Made by a program: the position numbers and the translations under genes. From an uncultured Gemmatimonadaceae bacterium (GTDB lineage Bacteria > Gemmatimonadota > Gemmatimonadetes > Gemmatimonadales > Gemmatimonadaceae): 64,000 nucleotides of DNA. Of this stretch, positions 1 through 11,382 are shown piece after piece (the first letter of the stretch is position 1; each line of letters begins with the position of its first letter). The stretch lies in contig CAVXGK010000001.1 of NCBI GenBank assembly GCA_963761305.1, positions 1,696,001 to 1,760,000 on the forward strand, given 5' to 3'. The notes below the pieces were generated by a model. The model searched no databases. It had not been told where the DNA came from and saw only the letters and a list, made by a program, of their open reading frames with translations.

Positions 1-92
1 GGCGACGAGTCCGGGGAAGTCGCTCTTCCATTGTCATCTTCAGGATCACATGGACGCCGGCTTCATGACTCTGTTCGACTGTCGCTAGCCTC

Positions 93-1043
93 ATGCGCTC
101 GACCGCCCTTCTCGGATTCGCACTCGCGACCGCTGCTGCGACCGCGCGTGCCCAGGGCAACTACGAGATCGAGGTCTATAACTCGCTCGTCGCGCCGACC
201 AAGACGGTGATCCTCGAGCTGCACACCAATTACACGTTCGACGGTCAGATGCTGCCGCTCAACGGCGGCAGCCGCGCGCCCGTGGTCGACGACGATCTCA
301 CGCGACTCGGCGTTCGCGCGGCGACGACGAACGCGTGCCGCGGTCCGACTGCCTTCTTCGACCAGGTCGCGTTCAGCCACGAACGCTCGCTTGCCGTGCC
401 CGCTCGGGCGGCCACGACCGCCTGCACGAACAACGCGGCGACGAGCCACGTCGGCCACGAGACGATCGAGGCGACGACCGGTGTGACGTCGTGGTCGGAA
501 ATCGGCATGTATGCGTTCTCGAACGAGGACCGCGTTTCCGGCGTCCAGTACGTCGGCAGCAGCCTTCGGCCCAAGGTGCGCGTCCCGGATTCTTGGCGCT
601 TGCCGGTCGGCGTCGCGTTGTCGATGGAGCTGGAGTACGACCGGCCCGCGTTGTCGACCGACACGTGGTCGTGGGAAATCCGCCCGATCATCGACAAGGC
701 CGTCGGCCGCTGGTACGCGAGCGTCGACCCGACACTCGTGCGCACGCTTCAGGGAACGGGCGTCGCCAACGGCCTCGAGTTCTCGCCGAGCGCGAAGGTG
801 AACTACGACGTCACGCGAATCGTGAGCGCCGGGATCGAGTACTACAGCGCCTACGGACGAATCGGCCGCTTCGCGCCGGCCGCCGATCGCATTCAGCAGA
901 TCTTCGCCGCCGCGGATCTGCACGCGTCGGCGGCGTGGGAGGTCAACTTCGGCGTCGGAGCCGCGGCGACTCCCGCGACGAATCACCTCGTGGCCAAGTT
1001 GATCCTCGGTCGGAGCCTGTCGTGGGGCTCGAGCCTGAGATGA
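93..1043 (+). CDS. Secreted/outer-membrane hypothetical protein (putative beta-barrel)
   Basis: 316-aa ORF with Sec signal peptide (MRSTALLGFALATAAATARA-Q); alternating aromatic/hydrophobic beta-strand pattern in the C-terminal half. Confidence 0.6.
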   Translation: MRSTALLGFALATAAATARAQGNYEIEVYNSLVAPTKTVILELHTNYTFDGQMLPLNGGSRAPVVDDDLTRLGVRAATTNACRGPTAFFDQVAFSHERSLAVPARAATTACTNNAATSHVGHETIEATTGVTSWSEIGMYAFSNEDRVSGVQYVGSSLRPKVRVPDSWRLPVGVALSMELEYDRPALSTDTWSWEIRPIIDKAVGRWYASVDPTLVRTLQGTGVANGLEFSPSAKVNYDVTRIVSAGIEYYSAYGRIGRFAPAADRIQQIFAAADLHASAAWEVNFGVGAAATPATNHLVAKLILGRSLSWGSSLR

Positions 1044-1066
1044 GGCTTAGACGACGTCTCAACGGC

Positions 1067-1309
1067 AACTGCTTTACCGCAGAGGCGCAGAGGGCGCAGA
1101 GGGCGCAGAGGTCATGGTCGGTTCCGCAACGAGCCGGGAATATTCGGGGGAACTGCCGCTCGGGATGCCTCGATGTGCGGTCGTGGCGTCAACGGTACGC
1201 GCGGCTTCCCGAGCGGCTGTTCCCAAAAGCATCCCGGCTCGTAGCGCGTCGAGCCTCCAACGGCTCCGCTGTTTCTCTGCGTTCTCTGCGTCTCTGCGGT
1301 GAAGCAGTT
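1067..1309. repeat. Fold-back repeat family A, copy 1 (REPIN/MITE-like)
   Basis: Nested inverted repeats AACTGC..CGCAGAG / CTCTGCG..GCAGTT, GAGCCGGGA / TCCCGGCTC and GAACTGCCGCTCGGGA / TCCCGAGCGGCTGTTC; same architecture at 5662, 7326, 8108 and 19044. Confidence 0.9.
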
Positions 1310-4300
1310 CAAGCCAACTCGCCGAGCGAGACGTCGAACGCCTCGATCAGCAACTCCGCGTCCTCGACGTCAAACGGCATCGGCGGGCGGATCTTGACCA
1401 CATTGTGATACGGCCCGTCGGTGCCGAGCAGAATTCCCTTCTCTCGCATCCGATTCGCCACGAACGACGCCTCCGGGCCCGCCGGCTCGCGCGTCTCGCG
1501 ATCTCGCACGAGCTCGACACCGATGAAGAGCCCCGACCCGCGGACGTCGCCGATGATCTCATGGCGCTCCGCCAGCGGTCGGATTCGATCGAGTAGATAG
1601 CCGCCGACGCGCAGCGCGTGCTGCTGAAGTCCTTCCTCGCGCACGACGTCGAGCACGGCCAAACCGACGGCGCACGACACTGTGTTTCCGCCGAAGGTGC
1701 TGAAATACTCCATGCCGTTGTCGAACGCGTCGGCGATCGCGCGCGTCGTCGCCACGGCGGCGATCGGATGGCCGTTGCCGAGCGGCTTGCCCATTACGAC
1801 GATGTCGGGCGCGACGTGCTGGTCCTCGAACGCCCAGAAGCTCGTGCCCATTCGCCCGAGTCCCGTCTGCACTTCGTCGGCGATACACACACCGCCGGCG
1901 GCGCGGACGCGCTCATACACCTTCTCGAGATACTTCGGCGGGAAGATGATCTGTCCACCGACACTCGGGCACGTCTCGGCGATGAACGCGGCGACGCCGC
2001 GCCCGTTGCTCGCCAACTCGTCGACGATCGCGCCGACGTGCGACGCGTACTTTGGACCTGCGTCGGCGTCGCCACGCCGATAGGCACCGCGATAGTCGTC
2101 GGGCACCGGCGCTACATGAACCCAATCCGGCGCGCCGCTGCCACCGGGCCCCGCATGCTTGTACGGACTGATGTCGATGAGCGACGTCGTGTTGCCGTGG
2201 TAGGCCGCCTCGAGCACGATCATGTCCTTTCGGCCCGTCACCGCGCGCGAGAGACGCAACGCGAGCTCGTTGGCTTCGCTCGCCGAGCTCACGAAGTAGC
2301 AGACCTGCATCTCGCGCGGCATCGTCGCGAGCAGCGATGCGGCGTAACGCTCGAGCAGATCGTTGAGGTAGCGCGTGTTCGTGTTCAGCACGCGCATCTG
2401 CCTCTCGGCCGCGTCGACGACGCGCGGATGAGCGTGGCCGACGTGCGGCACGTTGTTGTACGCGTCGACGTACCGGCGCCCATCGCGATCGAACAGGTAC
2501 TGCATCCATCCGCGCACCACCTCGACTGGCTCGCGGTACGCGAGGCTCAGATTCCCGCCGATCATGCGCCGGCGCGCCGCGAGCTCCTCGCCGCGATCCG
2601 GCTCGGTGGGTGGAAACCGCTCGGCCGGCACGCGCACGATGAGATTCGGGTCGGGACAGAGCGACGTCCACACGGTACGCTCCGACGGACGCGCGACGCC
2701 CGGAAAGTCCGTGCCGAGCTCCAATAGGTCGGTGATGACTTGAAGATGCAGGTGCGGCGTCCAACCGCCGTTCACATTCGCTGCGCCGAGCGTCGCGATC
2801 TTGTCGCCCGCTGTCACTCGCTTGCCGATCGAGAGGCCGACGAGCGATTCGCGGCTCAAATGGCCGTACAGCGTAAAGAACTCGATGCCGTCGTCGGTGC
2901 GATGCCGCAGGATGATCACCGGACCGTAGTCCTGATTCATCCCGTTGTCGTTGCATCCTGCGATTTCGCCGTCGAGCGGCGTGAACACCGCGGTGCCCGC
3001 GTCGGCGAACAGGTCGAGCCCGATGTGAATCGTGCGATGATCGTCGGTGACGCGAGGCCCCAGCGCGAACGCCGGTGCCACGTAGAGAAGCCGCGGTTCG
3101 TCGTAACGGCCAATCGCCACGCGCACGCCGGCCTCGCGCATGACGTCGTCCACGCGCCGCGTGAGCGACGGCTCGTCGTTCCTGCTCGTATCGCCGGACA
3201 AGAGAGGACTCGCGACGCTCAGATCGAGCACGATCGACGGTTCCGTTCGCGCATCCACGCCAAGCACCGAGGGGAACGACGCGCGACTCTCTATGAAACG
3301 CACGACGCGATCTCTTGTCGGTGCGGGCGCAACCCCTGCCGCCTCTCGGACCATCGCCGTCGCCAGCGCGAACGGGATCTCCGCCAGCCGCGGCAGCGTC
3401 CGCGCGATCCCTCCCTGGCTGATTGCGAGATACTCGTGATCCGGCTTCTCGCCGAGCTGCGCCGCGGCGATGCACGCGCTGACGCACAGACGTATCGCCG
3501 CCAGACCAAACACCGCCGCAAGCTCGCTCTCCTCGAGTCGCATTCGTTCGCTGAATCCACGCACTACCCGCGCAACGACGGCGAGCGGATCGGGCGCGTC
3601 GAGCATCACGTACGCGCTCGCGATCGCCAGATCCGCGACACGATAGCTGTGCACCATGTCGCCGAGGTCGACGAGACCGGTGATGCGTTGGCCGCGCGAC
3701 TCGACGTCTCCCTCGCCGCCCACGAGGATGTTAAAATCGTTGGGATCACCGTGTACGACGGAGCGGGGCAACCGCTCGAGCAGCGGCGCCGTGTGGCGGT
3801 CAAACCGCTCGACGAGCGTGTCGATCGCCGCGCCGAGCGTCTTGTCGGCGATGGTCGCCCGCTGCGCGCCGACGATGCCGCGCGCGTTGGCCAGATCCCA
3901 GTAGAAATCGCGATGCACCGCCGGGTGATCGAACTCGGCGAACGCCGCGTCGATCGCGCCGAGCTGTCGGCCGAGGTCTTCGAACAGACGCGGCGATTTG
4001 TAGACTGACGTGCCGAACGGTTTGCCCGGCAAATGGCTCACGGCCCACACGAGATGTGTTCGCCCGTTGTCACCGTGAATGTCGACCAGCGCTTCGCCGT
4101 TCGTTGCCGTGAGCACACGTGGCGTGGTCGCGACCGATTGCGCGAGGTGTGCGAGTGCCGCCTGCTGCGCGTCCAGGATCCCGCGCTCTTCCGCCGCGCT
4201 GGCCACCTTGAGTATCGCACGCGGTCGTCCGTCAACCGTGACCAGGAAATTCTGGTCGCGCTCGCTCGGCAACGGCGATGCGCGCCCGTCGAGCCCGAAG

Positions 4301-4377
4301 CGGGTTCGCGCGAGCTCGGCCGCTTCGTCGAGCGACAGTGTCGGCGATTCGCGCAACAGACTATCGCTTGTCGCCAC
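1309..4377 (-). CDS. Fusion of an APH/hydroxylysine-kinase-like phosphotransferase, an M23-like domain and a class III PLP aminotransferase/phospho-lyase
   Basis: [10 protein letters not shown] and DLGD kinase motifs; HIGLD, YGHL and HLH M23 motifs; DEVQTGLGR and MGKPLGNG class III PLP motifs. Confidence 0.9.
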   Translation of the reverse strand: MATSDSLLRESPTLSLDEAAELARTRFGLDGRASPLPSERDQNFLVTVDGRPRAILKVASAAEERGILDAQQAALAHLAQSVATTPRVLTATNGEALVDIHGDNGRTHLVWAVSHLPGKPFGTSVYKSPRLFEDLGRQLGAIDAAFAEFDHPAVHRDFYWDLANARGIVGAQRATIADKTLGAAIDTLVERFDRHTAPLLERLPRSVVHGDPNDFNILVGGEGDVESRGQRITGLVDLGDMVHSYRVADLAIASAYVMLDAPDPLAVVARVVRGFSERMRLEESELAAVFGLAAIRLCVSACIAAAQLGEKPDHEYLAISQGGIARTLPRLAEIPFALATAMVREAAGVAPAPTRDRVVRFIESRASFPSVLGVDARTEPSIVLDLSVASPLLSGDTSRNDEPSLTRRVDDVMREAGVRVAIGRYDEPRLLYVAPAFALGPRVTDDHRTIHIGLDLFADAGTAVFTPLDGEIAGCNDNGMNQDYGPVIILRHRTDDGIEFFTLYGHLSRESLVGLSIGKRVTAGDKIATLGAANVNGGWTPHLHLQVITDLLELGTDFPGVARPSERTVWTSLCPDPNLIVRVPAERFPPTEPDRGEELAARRRMIGGNLSLAYREPVEVVRGWMQYLFDRDGRRYVDAYNNVPHVGHAHPRVVDAAERQMRVLNTNTRYLNDLLERYAASLLATMPREMQVCYFVSSASEANELALRLSRAVTGRKDMIVLEAAYHGNTTSLIDISPYKHAGPGGSGAPDWVHVAPVPDDYRGAYRRGDADAGPKYASHVGAIVDELASNGRGVAAFIAETCPSVGGQIIFPPKYLEKVYERVRAAGGVCIADEVQTGLGRMGTSFWAFEDQHVAPDIVVMGKPLGNGHPIAAVATTRAIADAFDNGMEYFSTFGGNTVSCAVGLAVLDVVREEGLQQHALRVGGYLLDRIRPLAERHEIIGDVRGSGLFIGVELVRDRETREPAGPEASFVANRMREKGILLGTDGPYHNVVKIRPPMPFDVEDAELLIEAFDVSLGELA

Positions 4378-4924
4378 GGACTTCCTTGGGGATGCGCCCC
4401 TCGCGCGCCGCGCGCCATCCGTCGCCCGTGCGCACGACTTGATAGGCGCGCTCGAACCGAAGCGGCGGTGAATAGCCCGACGTCGCGTTGTCGTAGTTCT
4501 GCGCGAACAGGTAGACCTCGACCGTGTCGCCCGTCATCGCGAACACCGGCGAGAACCGAACCACGTAGCCGGGCAACGCGGCCGAGCATTTGACGGTCTT
4601 CCGCGACGCGCTGATCGGTGGCTCGCACACACCCTTGATCGACCCACGACGCCGCATTTCAGCGGCGACCTGATCGGGCCACGTGTCCCCCGCGGCGAGT
4701 CCAACCGTGCGCGGCAGGCCGCGCCGGTCGAACAGCAGCGACAGGTTCGGGTCGTTCAGTTCGAACGCGGCGCGGGCCGCGGCGTCGAAGACACCGCCCT
4801 GGGCCTCGGACGACAGCGCGGCCACGGGGAGACCGTGGCCGCGCAGAATGTTCGAATCGCCACCACCGCAACCGCTCGCGGCGTGCGCGGCGAAAGCGAT
4901 GGTGGCGATTCGAAGAACGGTCAT
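4361..4924 (-). CDS. Hypothetical lipoprotein
   Basis: 187 aa, hydrophobic leader ending in ASG-C lipobox; overlaps the downstream gene start, consistent with an operon. Confidence 0.65.
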   Translation of the reverse strand: MTVLRIATIAFAAHAASGCGGGDSNILRGHGLPVAALSSEAQGGVFDAAARAAFELNDPNLSLLFDRRGLPRTVGLAAGDTWPDQVAAEMRRRGSIKGVCEPPISASRKTVKCSAALPGYVVRFSPVFAMTGDTVEVYLFAQNYDNATSGYSPPLRFERAYQVVRTGDGWRAAREGRIPKEVRGDKR

Positions 4925-4933
4925 TCCGGGAAG

Positions 4934-5458
4934 TTAGCGCCGATCTCCTGGGCGGAAATCCCGGTGGTCGTCGTTCCGATGATTGCTGTCGTTGTGGTGA
5001 TCCCACGCGTGGTTCTGGTCGCGGTTTTCCTGTGCGTGGACTCTCGCGGCTTCGACCTCTCGAGCGCGAATGGCGGCCGCCTCTCGCTCACGCGCGATCT
5101 GAAACTCGCGGTCGCGTGCGATCTGAAGCTCACGCTCGCGGGCGATTTGCAAGTCGCGTTCGCGGGCGATCTGAAGCTCGCGTTCACGGATCATCCTCTC
5201 TTCGTACAGCCGGTCGTTGTTGTAGACGGTCGGACCGTAGACGAGGCGACCATTCGCCGGAAGCCACCGCGCGGCGACGGCGCAGCTGGTCGGCGCGGGC
5301 TGACGGCCCGGCGGAACGCCTTGGATCCAGACTCGGCACATGCCTGCCGCCGGCATCATGCCCATCGGCACGAACGCATACTCCCGTATGCCCTGGGCCA
5401 TGAGCGGCGTCGCAACGGCGAGGGCCGCCGTGGCCGCTAGAAGTTCGAGTTTGCGCAT
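4934..5458 (-). CDS. Secreted hypothetical protein with a CRVW..PPGRQP..C motif and RERELQIA repeats
   Basis: Signal peptide, AAGGAG RBS upstream, four 8-aa tandem repeats, His/Asp-rich tail. Confidence 0.7.
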   Translation of the reverse strand: MRKLELLAATAALAVATPLMAQGIREYAFVPMGMMPAAGMCRVWIQGVPPGRQPAPTSCAVAARWLPANGRLVYGPTVYNNDRLYEERMIRERELQIARERDLQIARERELQIARDREFQIAREREAAAIRAREVEAARVHAQENRDQNHAWDHHNDSNHRNDDHRDFRPGDRR

Positions 5459-5661
5459 GTACTTCTCCTTTGTTGGTGGGCGAGCTGATTTCGCTCGCCA
5501 CCTACAAAGGCATTAGGGATGCCGAACCGGGCACGACGGTAAGTCGTTGATCGACAATATCTTAGAACGATCCGACCCGAGTGATCCTAATCAGATCGTC
5601 CGATTGCAGTCGAAAGCAGCGTCCCCGATCGTGGACGCTTTCGGCAGCCTGTCCAGACGGC

Positions 5662-5880
5662 AACTGCTTCACGCAGAGACCCAGAGAACAACGGAGAGGA
5701 GTCCGTCGCGCCACGAGCCGGGATTCTTTGGGAACTGCCGCTCGGGATGCATCGCGAAGCAAGCGACCTTCGCTGGCGCGTCGAGGCTTCCCGAGCGGCT
5801 GTTCACAAGAAACATCCCGGCTCGTTGCGCGACGATTTGCGGTCGTCCTCTGTGCCTCCGCGTCTCTGCGTTAAGCAGTT
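5662..5880. repeat. Fold-back repeat family A, copy 2
   Basis: Same nested inverted repeats as 1067-1309. Confidence 0.9.
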
Positions 5881-5903
5881 GCGGTGAGCAGTTCCGAAAG
5901 CCG

Positions 5904-7244
5904 CTAGACAGCTTCGGCGGGACGCGGCTTGCGTGCCCAGAGTACGTAGACCGCGGCGCCTACGAACAGGATCGCCACGCCGATCCCCGCGTTCTCCGGA
6001 TACTGCACGATCGTCGACGCGGAGATGGCCCAGCACGCGAGCGCGAATAGTATCGTCGTGATCGGATGGCCCGGCACGCGCACGCCGCCTGGCGACGTTT
6101 CGGCCGTTCCTTTTTCGCGGGCGCGAAAGACGAGCAGTGACGCGCCGGTCAACCCGAAGAACAACACGTCGATCGAGACGACGTAGTTGAGGATCTGATC
6201 GTATTTCCCGGCGAGCGCGATCGCGACGGCCCACACGCCCTGGATCACGATGGCGACGATCGGCACGCGCGAACGCGGATCCAGCTTGCCGACCGCCTTG
6301 AAGAACACGCCGTCGCGCGCCATCGCGAAATAGACCCGCGGAGCCGTCAGCACACCCTGGCTCAAGAATCCAACGGTCGACACCGCGATGCCGAGCGCGA
6401 TGAGTCGGGCGCCCCGCTCGCCGAGTGCCGATCGCAGAATCGTCGACGCCGGCGTCGACGTCGCCGCCAAGCCATCCACGCCGAGCACGCGCAGGCAGAC
6501 GAGCGTCACGGCGAGGTACAGCACGATCACGCCGACGACGCCGATCAACAGCCCGCGTGGTAGATCGCGGCGCGGATCGCGCATCTCGCCGCTCAGGAAG
6601 CTCGCGGTCTGCCACCCGCCGTACGCGAACAACACGGGCACCATCGCGGCGCCGAATCCGGCAAGGCCACCCGTACCGCTGGGGAGCGTCGCCGACGCGA
6701 CGTGTTGAACCGGCGCCGCAAGAAAGAATCCGACGCCGATCAGCATCGCGATCGCGGCGATCTTCGTGATCATGAACGCTGACTGCACGTTGCTCCCCGC
6801 GCGCACGCCGAAACAGTTCACCATCGTGAGCACGCCGAGCGCGATCGCCGCGATCGCCTGCTCGGGCATCGCCCACCCAGTGAGCTCGCGCGTGTAGCGG
6901 CCAAAGATGATCGCCGACCCCGCCATGCCGCCTGTTTGGATGACGAGGAGCAGCGTCCACCCGTAGAGGAAGGCGACGATCGGATGGTACGCGTCGCGGA
7001 GATATGCGTACTGTCCGCCGACGCCCGGGCGCAGCTGCGCCAGCTCCGCGTAGACGAACGCGCCGATCAACGCGATGGCGCCGCCGGCAACCCACGCGCC
7101 GATCACGAGCAACGGCGTGTGCACCGCACGCGCGACGACGCTCGGGTTGACGAAGATCCCGGCGCCGATGATGCCACCCATGACGATCATCGTGGCGTCG
7201 AACGGCCCGAGGCGGCGGGCGAGAGTCGGTTCGCCGGAGGTCAT
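5904..7244 (-). CDS. APC-family amino acid permease
   Basis: About 12 hydrophobic segments; GGIIGAGIF, YAEL..PGVGGQY and FAYGGW motifs. Confidence 0.93.
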   Translation of the reverse strand: MTSGEPTLARRLGPFDATMIVMGGIIGAGIFVNPSVVARAVHTPLLVIGAWVAGGAIALIGAFVYAELAQLRPGVGGQYAYLRDAYHPIVAFLYGWTLLLVIQTGGMAGSAIIFGRYTRELTGWAMPEQAIAAIALGVLTMVNCFGVRAGSNVQSAFMITKIAAIAMLIGVGFFLAAPVQHVASATLPSGTGGLAGFGAAMVPVLFAYGGWQTASFLSGEMRDPRRDLPRGLLIGVVGVIVLYLAVTLVCLRVLGVDGLAATSTPASTILRSALGERGARLIALGIAVSTVGFLSQGVLTAPRVYFAMARDGVFFKAVGKLDPRSRVPIVAIVIQGVWAVAIALAGKYDQILNYVVSIDVLFFGLTGASLLVFRAREKGTAETSPGGVRVPGHPITTILFALACWAISASTIVQYPENAGIGVAILFVGAAVYVLWARKPRPAEAV

Positions 7245-7325
7245 TGCGGCATCAATCTACTCGCTGAAGCGCCTGGCGCAGGCGCGCCCGATTTGGCCCC
7301 ACTATCGGGACGCTCTGTGGAACTG

Positions 7326-7555
7326 AACTGCTTGACGCGGAGACGCAGAGAGGCAGAGACGCAGGGTCCGTCGCGCCACGAGCCGGGATTCTTTGGGGAA
7401 CTGCCGCTCGGGATGCATCGCGAAACGATGCATCCTCGTTGGCGCGTCGAGGCTTCCCGAGCGGCTGTTCACAAAACATCCCGGCTCGTGGCGCGACGAT
7501 CTCGGGTCGTTCTCTCTGCGTCCCTGCGTTCTCTGCGTCTCTGCGTTGAGCAGTT
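7326..7555. repeat. Fold-back repeat family A, copy 3
   Basis: Same nested inverted repeats as 1067-1309. Confidence 0.9.
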
Positions 7556-7688
7556 GCAGTCAGCCGTTGCCGCGAGACACTTACGGACGTGAAAGATTAG
7601 AGCGCTTTAATGTTTCGACTCTCTTGCCTGATCGTCGGTAGCAAGTAGTTTCCGCCCCGGGTTTCCCCCCCTCCCACCCACGCCCGCC

Positions 7689-7784
7689 ATGTCCAGTCGA
7701 CTCGTCGCGAGCGCGTTCGTGCTCGCTCTCGCCGCGCTGCCTGCCACCACGTCCGCCCAGCACGAGAAGGAACCGCGGCGCTGA
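7689..7784 (+). pseudogene. 31-aa signal-peptide-only ORF (gene remnant or small peptide)
   Basis: MSSRLVASAFVLALAALPATTSA-QHEKEPRR*; TTGCCT-N16-TAGTTT at 7624-7651 upstream. Confidence 0.4.
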
Positions 7785-7926
7785 CTGCCTAACGCAGAGA
7801 CGTGTTGTACTTCGCGTACGGGTACACGCATCCCACTCTGCGGCGCGGAACCGGCCCGGTCGTTCCCGCGAGGCACGCGTAGAGCGGGTTCGCAAAACGG
7901 ACTACGAGGCCGTTTGAGCAAAGGGA

Positions 7927-8063
7927 AACGCAGATGACGCCGATTTGAACAGCAATGCCGCAGATGAAAACGCAGACGGCGAGGCGCGCGGCTGCCGGTC
8001 AAATCCCCAGCAATCGCCGTTCAATCGGCGGCAATCGCCTTTCAAATCTGCGTCATCTGCGTT
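7927..8063. repeat. 137-bp palindromic element with 23-bp terminal inverted repeats
   Basis: AACGCAGATGACGCCGATTTGAA ... TTCAAATCTGCGTCATCTGCGTT (1 mismatch). Confidence 0.85.
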
Positions 8064-8107
8064 GAATTTTGGTCGACGCCAGTAGTGGCTTGGGCTGGCG
8101 CGGCGAA

Positions 8108-8217
8108 GCTTCCCGAGCGTCTGTTCACAAAAAAAATCCCGGCTCGTGGCGCGACGATGTCCGGTTGTCCTCTGCGCCTCTGCGTTCTCTGCGTCTCCGC
8201 GTCGAGCTGTTGCAGTT
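8108..8217. repeat. Fold-back repeat family A, copy 4 (right half only)
   Basis: GCTTCCCGAGCGTCTGTTC..TCCCGGCTCGTGGCGCG..CTCTGCG x3; left arm absent. Confidence 0.8.
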
Positions 8218-8230
8218 ACCCGGGCGACGA

Positions 8231-10882
8231 CTATTCGGACTGCAGCGCCACCGCCGGATCGACTTTCGTCGCTCGCCTCGCCGGCACGACCGTGGCCGCC
8301 ACCGCCGCGGCGCCGAGGACCAGCCCCACGAACGCCAACGTCGCCGGATCGCGCGCGCCGACACCGTAGAGCATTCCGGCCACGAATCGGCCGAGCACCA
8401 GCGCCGCCGCGATGCCGATGGTCACTCCGGCGAGTGCCATCCAGGCGCCGTGACGCACGACGAGCAGCACCAGGCTTCGGGTCTGTGCACCAAGCGCGAC
8501 GCGAATGCCGAGCTCGCGCGTGCGCTGGGTGACCGAGTAGCTCACCACGCCGTACACGCCGACCAGCGCGAGCACGAGCGTCGCGGCGGCAAAGGCGCCG
8601 ATGAGCAGGAGCGGGAATCGACGCATGAACACCGACGCGGACTCGGTGATCAGCTGATCCATCGCCACCGGATGAATCACGCCCGCGCCGGGCGCCATTT
8701 GCTCGACGACGCGATTCAGCTCGCGCGACAGATCGCCGACGTCGCGCCGCGAGCGGATCGCCATGCTCATGTACGTCTCGGGATCTTGCGAGAACGGCAG
8801 GTATATCGTCGGCGGGATGTGCTCGTCCACGTTGCCGATCGGCACGTCGCCGACTTGGCCGACGATGCGAATCGAGTCGCCCATCACGACCGTGTGCCCG
8901 ACCGCGTTGCCGTCGGTGAAGTACGCTTCGGCGAACGCCTTGTTCACGACGGCGACGCGCGGCGCATGGGCGACGCCGTCGCCCGCGTCGAAGTCGCGCC
9001 CTCGCGACATCGGGATCTCGAGCGCCGAGAAATAGCCCGAGCTCGCCGAGCGGTAGCTCGCCGTGGGTTCCTTGCCGGGCTCGTACGGCGGTTGGCCGAC
9101 GATGTCGAAGCCGACGCTGTTCCCCCAATCGAGCGGCATTTTCGTGACCAGTCCGACGGCGTCGACGCCCGGCAAAGCGTGCACGCCGTCGATGATGCGA
9201 TCGAACGTGGCGATCTGCCGGGTCGGATCGGTATAGCTCGCGTCGGGCAGGAACACGCCGGCCGTCATCAGATGCTCGGATTGAAAGCCGAGTTGGATCG
9301 ACAAGAGTTTCGTGAGACTCCGGCCGAAAAGCGCCGCGCCCGACATCAACACGATCGTCAACGCGACCTCGCCGATGACCAGCGCATCGCGCAGCGATCC
9401 CGCTCGGCTGCTGCCGCGCGAGCCTTGCTTCAGCACCTCGGCCATCTGTGGGCGAGCTTCTCGCAGCGCGGGCACGAGACCGAACAGCACACCGGCGGCG
9501 ACGGAGATGAGACAACTATAAAGCACGACCGGCGTGTTGACGCCCACCGCCGCCAGCGCCGGCGGGCGCTGTCCCGTCGGGATGATGCCGACCAGCGCAT
9601 GAATCCCGTAGCGCGCCACGACGAGCCCCGCCGCACCGCCGACGACGGCGAGCATGAGGCTCTCCGTCATCAGTTGTCGGACGAGCCGGCCGCGTCCCGC
9701 GCCGAGCGCGATGCGCACCGCGACTTCGCGCCGGCGGTCGGCGCCGCGCATAAGCAGGAGGTTCGCCACGTTCGCGCACGCGACGAGCAGCATCACGGCC
9801 ACCGCACCATATAGAAGGAGCACCAGCGGCCGCACCGAGCCGATGAGCTGATCGCGCAGCGGGATCACCTGCCCGTCGCGGCCGTTGTTCGTCGGCGGGT
9901 ATTCGCGGGCGAGTTGCGCCATGATTGACGACATGTCCGCCGACGCCGTGTGCAGCGTGGCGCCGTCCTTCAAGCGCGCGACGGTGTTGAGCCAGTGGTT
10001 GCCGCGCTGCTGGCGCGATCGGTCGAGGCGGTCGATCGGCGCCCAGATCGAGGCGTCGCCCAGTCGGGCAAACTGAAACTCTTTTGGGAGAACACCGATC
10101 ACCGTCGCCGTCGTGCCGTCGAGCGTGATCGTCCGCCCGATCACCGAACGGTCGCCGGCAAAGCTCCGCTCCCAGAATCCGTAGCCGAGCAAGACTCGAC
10201 GCGGCGCGCCGACGGCGTCTTCGCCGGGCACGAACGTGCGGCCGATCGCCGCGTGCACGCCGAGCACGTCGAAGAAGTTCGCGGTCGTTTTCGCGGCGCG
10301 AACGATCTGCGGATGCTCGGTGCCGAACACGAATCCCGCCCCGTGGTAGCCGGCGAGGTCCGTGAACGAATGATTGCGCGCGCGCCAGTCGAGGTAGTCG
10401 GGGTACGACGCCTCAGATCGGTTGTCGACCTTGGACTGGAACGTCTCCCAGAGATGGACGAGTCGATCGGGCTGGGCGAACGGCAGCGGCTTGAGCAGCA
10501 CCGCGTCGACGACGCTGAAGATCGCCGCGTTGGCGCCGATGCCGAGCGCGAGCGTGAGCAACACGGTGATGGCGAAGCCCGGACGTTTGCGCAGCGAGCG
10601 CGCCGCGAACTTGATGTCCTGTCCGACCGACGCGAGCCATTCCGACGCCGCCCAATTCCTCACCCGTCGCCGGTCCATCGACGCGAGCTCGGCCCGCGCC
10701 GCCTTCACATCCCCGAACTCGCGCAGCGCCATCTCCCGCGCGTCCTCGGCCGACATCCCGCGTGAGACGAGGTCATCGACGCGCTTGTCGAGATGAAACC
10801 GCATCTCGTCGTCGACGTCGCGCTGGACCGTGCGGCGAGTGGAATCGTGATGGAAGAGTTTGCGCGGACTGTTGTCAGTCAT
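8231..10882 (-). CDS. ADOP-type duplicated ABC transporter permease (MacB/FtsX domains)
   Basis: DDEMRFHL prefix, [57 protein letters not shown]; start placed at ATG 10882. Confidence 0.95.
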   Translation of the reverse strand: MTDNSPRKLFHHDSTRRTVQRDVDDEMRFHLDKRVDDLVSRGMSAEDAREMALREFGDVKAARAELASMDRRRVRNWAASEWLASVGQDIKFAARSLRKRPGFAITVLLTLALGIGANAAIFSVVDAVLLKPLPFAQPDRLVHLWETFQSKVDNRSEASYPDYLDWRARNHSFTDLAGYHGAGFVFGTEHPQIVRAAKTTANFFDVLGVHAAIGRTFVPGEDAVGAPRRVLLGYGFWERSFAGDRSVIGRTITLDGTTATVIGVLPKEFQFARLGDASIWAPIDRLDRSRQQRGNHWLNTVARLKDGATLHTASADMSSIMAQLAREYPPTNNGRDGQVIPLRDQLIGSVRPLVLLLYGAVAVMLLVACANVANLLLMRGADRRREVAVRIALGAGRGRLVRQLMTESLMLAVVGGAAGLVVARYGIHALVGIIPTGQRPPALAAVGVNTPVVLYSCLISVAAGVLFGLVPALREARPQMAEVLKQGSRGSSRAGSLRDALVIGEVALTIVLMSGAALFGRSLTKLLSIQLGFQSEHLMTAGVFLPDASYTDPTRQIATFDRIIDGVHALPGVDAVGLVTKMPLDWGNSVGFDIVGQPPYEPGKEPTASYRSASSGYFSALEIPMSRGRDFDAGDGVAHAPRVAVVNKAFAEAYFTDGNAVGHTVVMGDSIRIVGQVGDVPIGNVDEHIPPTIYLPFSQDPETYMSMAIRSRRDVGDLSRELNRVVEQMAPGAGVIHPVAMDQLITESASVFMRRFPLLLIGAFAAATLVLALVGVYGVVSYSVTQRTRELGIRVALGAQTRSLVLLVVRHGAWMALAGVTIGIAAALVLGRFVAGMLYGVGARDPATLAFVGLVLGAAAVAATVVPARRATKVDPAVALQSE

Positions 10883-10924
10883 GATCGATTCCGTTTTTGT
10901 AGTTCCCGTCCACCCGTCCACCCG

Positions 10925-11251
10925 TCATGCTGTGCTCAGGATCTTGAACACGGCGTTCGCGTACGTCGTCCAATCCGCCGACTTCTCTCTGAGGCGTGCC
11001 TTTCCGGCCACGGTGAGTTGGTAGTACTTCGCCTTTCGGTTGTTCTCCGAGAGCCCCCATTTCGACTCCACCAGCCGCCGTTCCTCCAGCCGGTGCAGCG
11101 CGACGTACAGGGCCCGATCTTCCACGTTGATCGTCCCGTCGCTGGTCTCCCTGATCCACTGGGCCACCGCGTAGCCATGCCTGGGGCCCCAGGTCAGGGT
11201 CTTGAGAACCAGGGTGTCGAGGGTACCCTGGAGGAGTTCGAGGTCTGGCAC
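10925..11251 (-). CDS. PadR-family transcriptional regulator (ADOP-associated type)
   Basis: LLQGTLDTLVLKTL..PRHGY..LYVALHRLE..WGLSENNRKAKYY. Confidence 0.95.
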   Translation of the reverse strand: MPDLELLQGTLDTLVLKTLTWGPRHGYAVAQWIRETSDGTINVEDRALYVALHRLEERRLVESKWGLSENNRKAKYYQLTVAGKARLREKSADWTTYANAVFKILSTA

Positions 11252-11382
11252 GGAGTGATTCCCCGGAAAGGATCCGGGGAGTTAGACGCCAGGATGGTGG
11301 AAAAGGTTGACTGCTCGGTCCACCCGTCCACCCGTCCGCCGGTCCACCCGTCCACCCGCGTATCGAACGCTTTCCCTACACT

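Noticed and set aside
1112..1312. Small ORFs with GNCRSG / LPERLF peptides (also near 5.6, 7.4, 8.1 and 19.1 kb)
   Set aside because: They are translations of repeat family A.
10883..10921. ADOP permease start MDGWTG..
   Set aside because: The extension is translated octamer repeat; ATG 10882 is more plausible.
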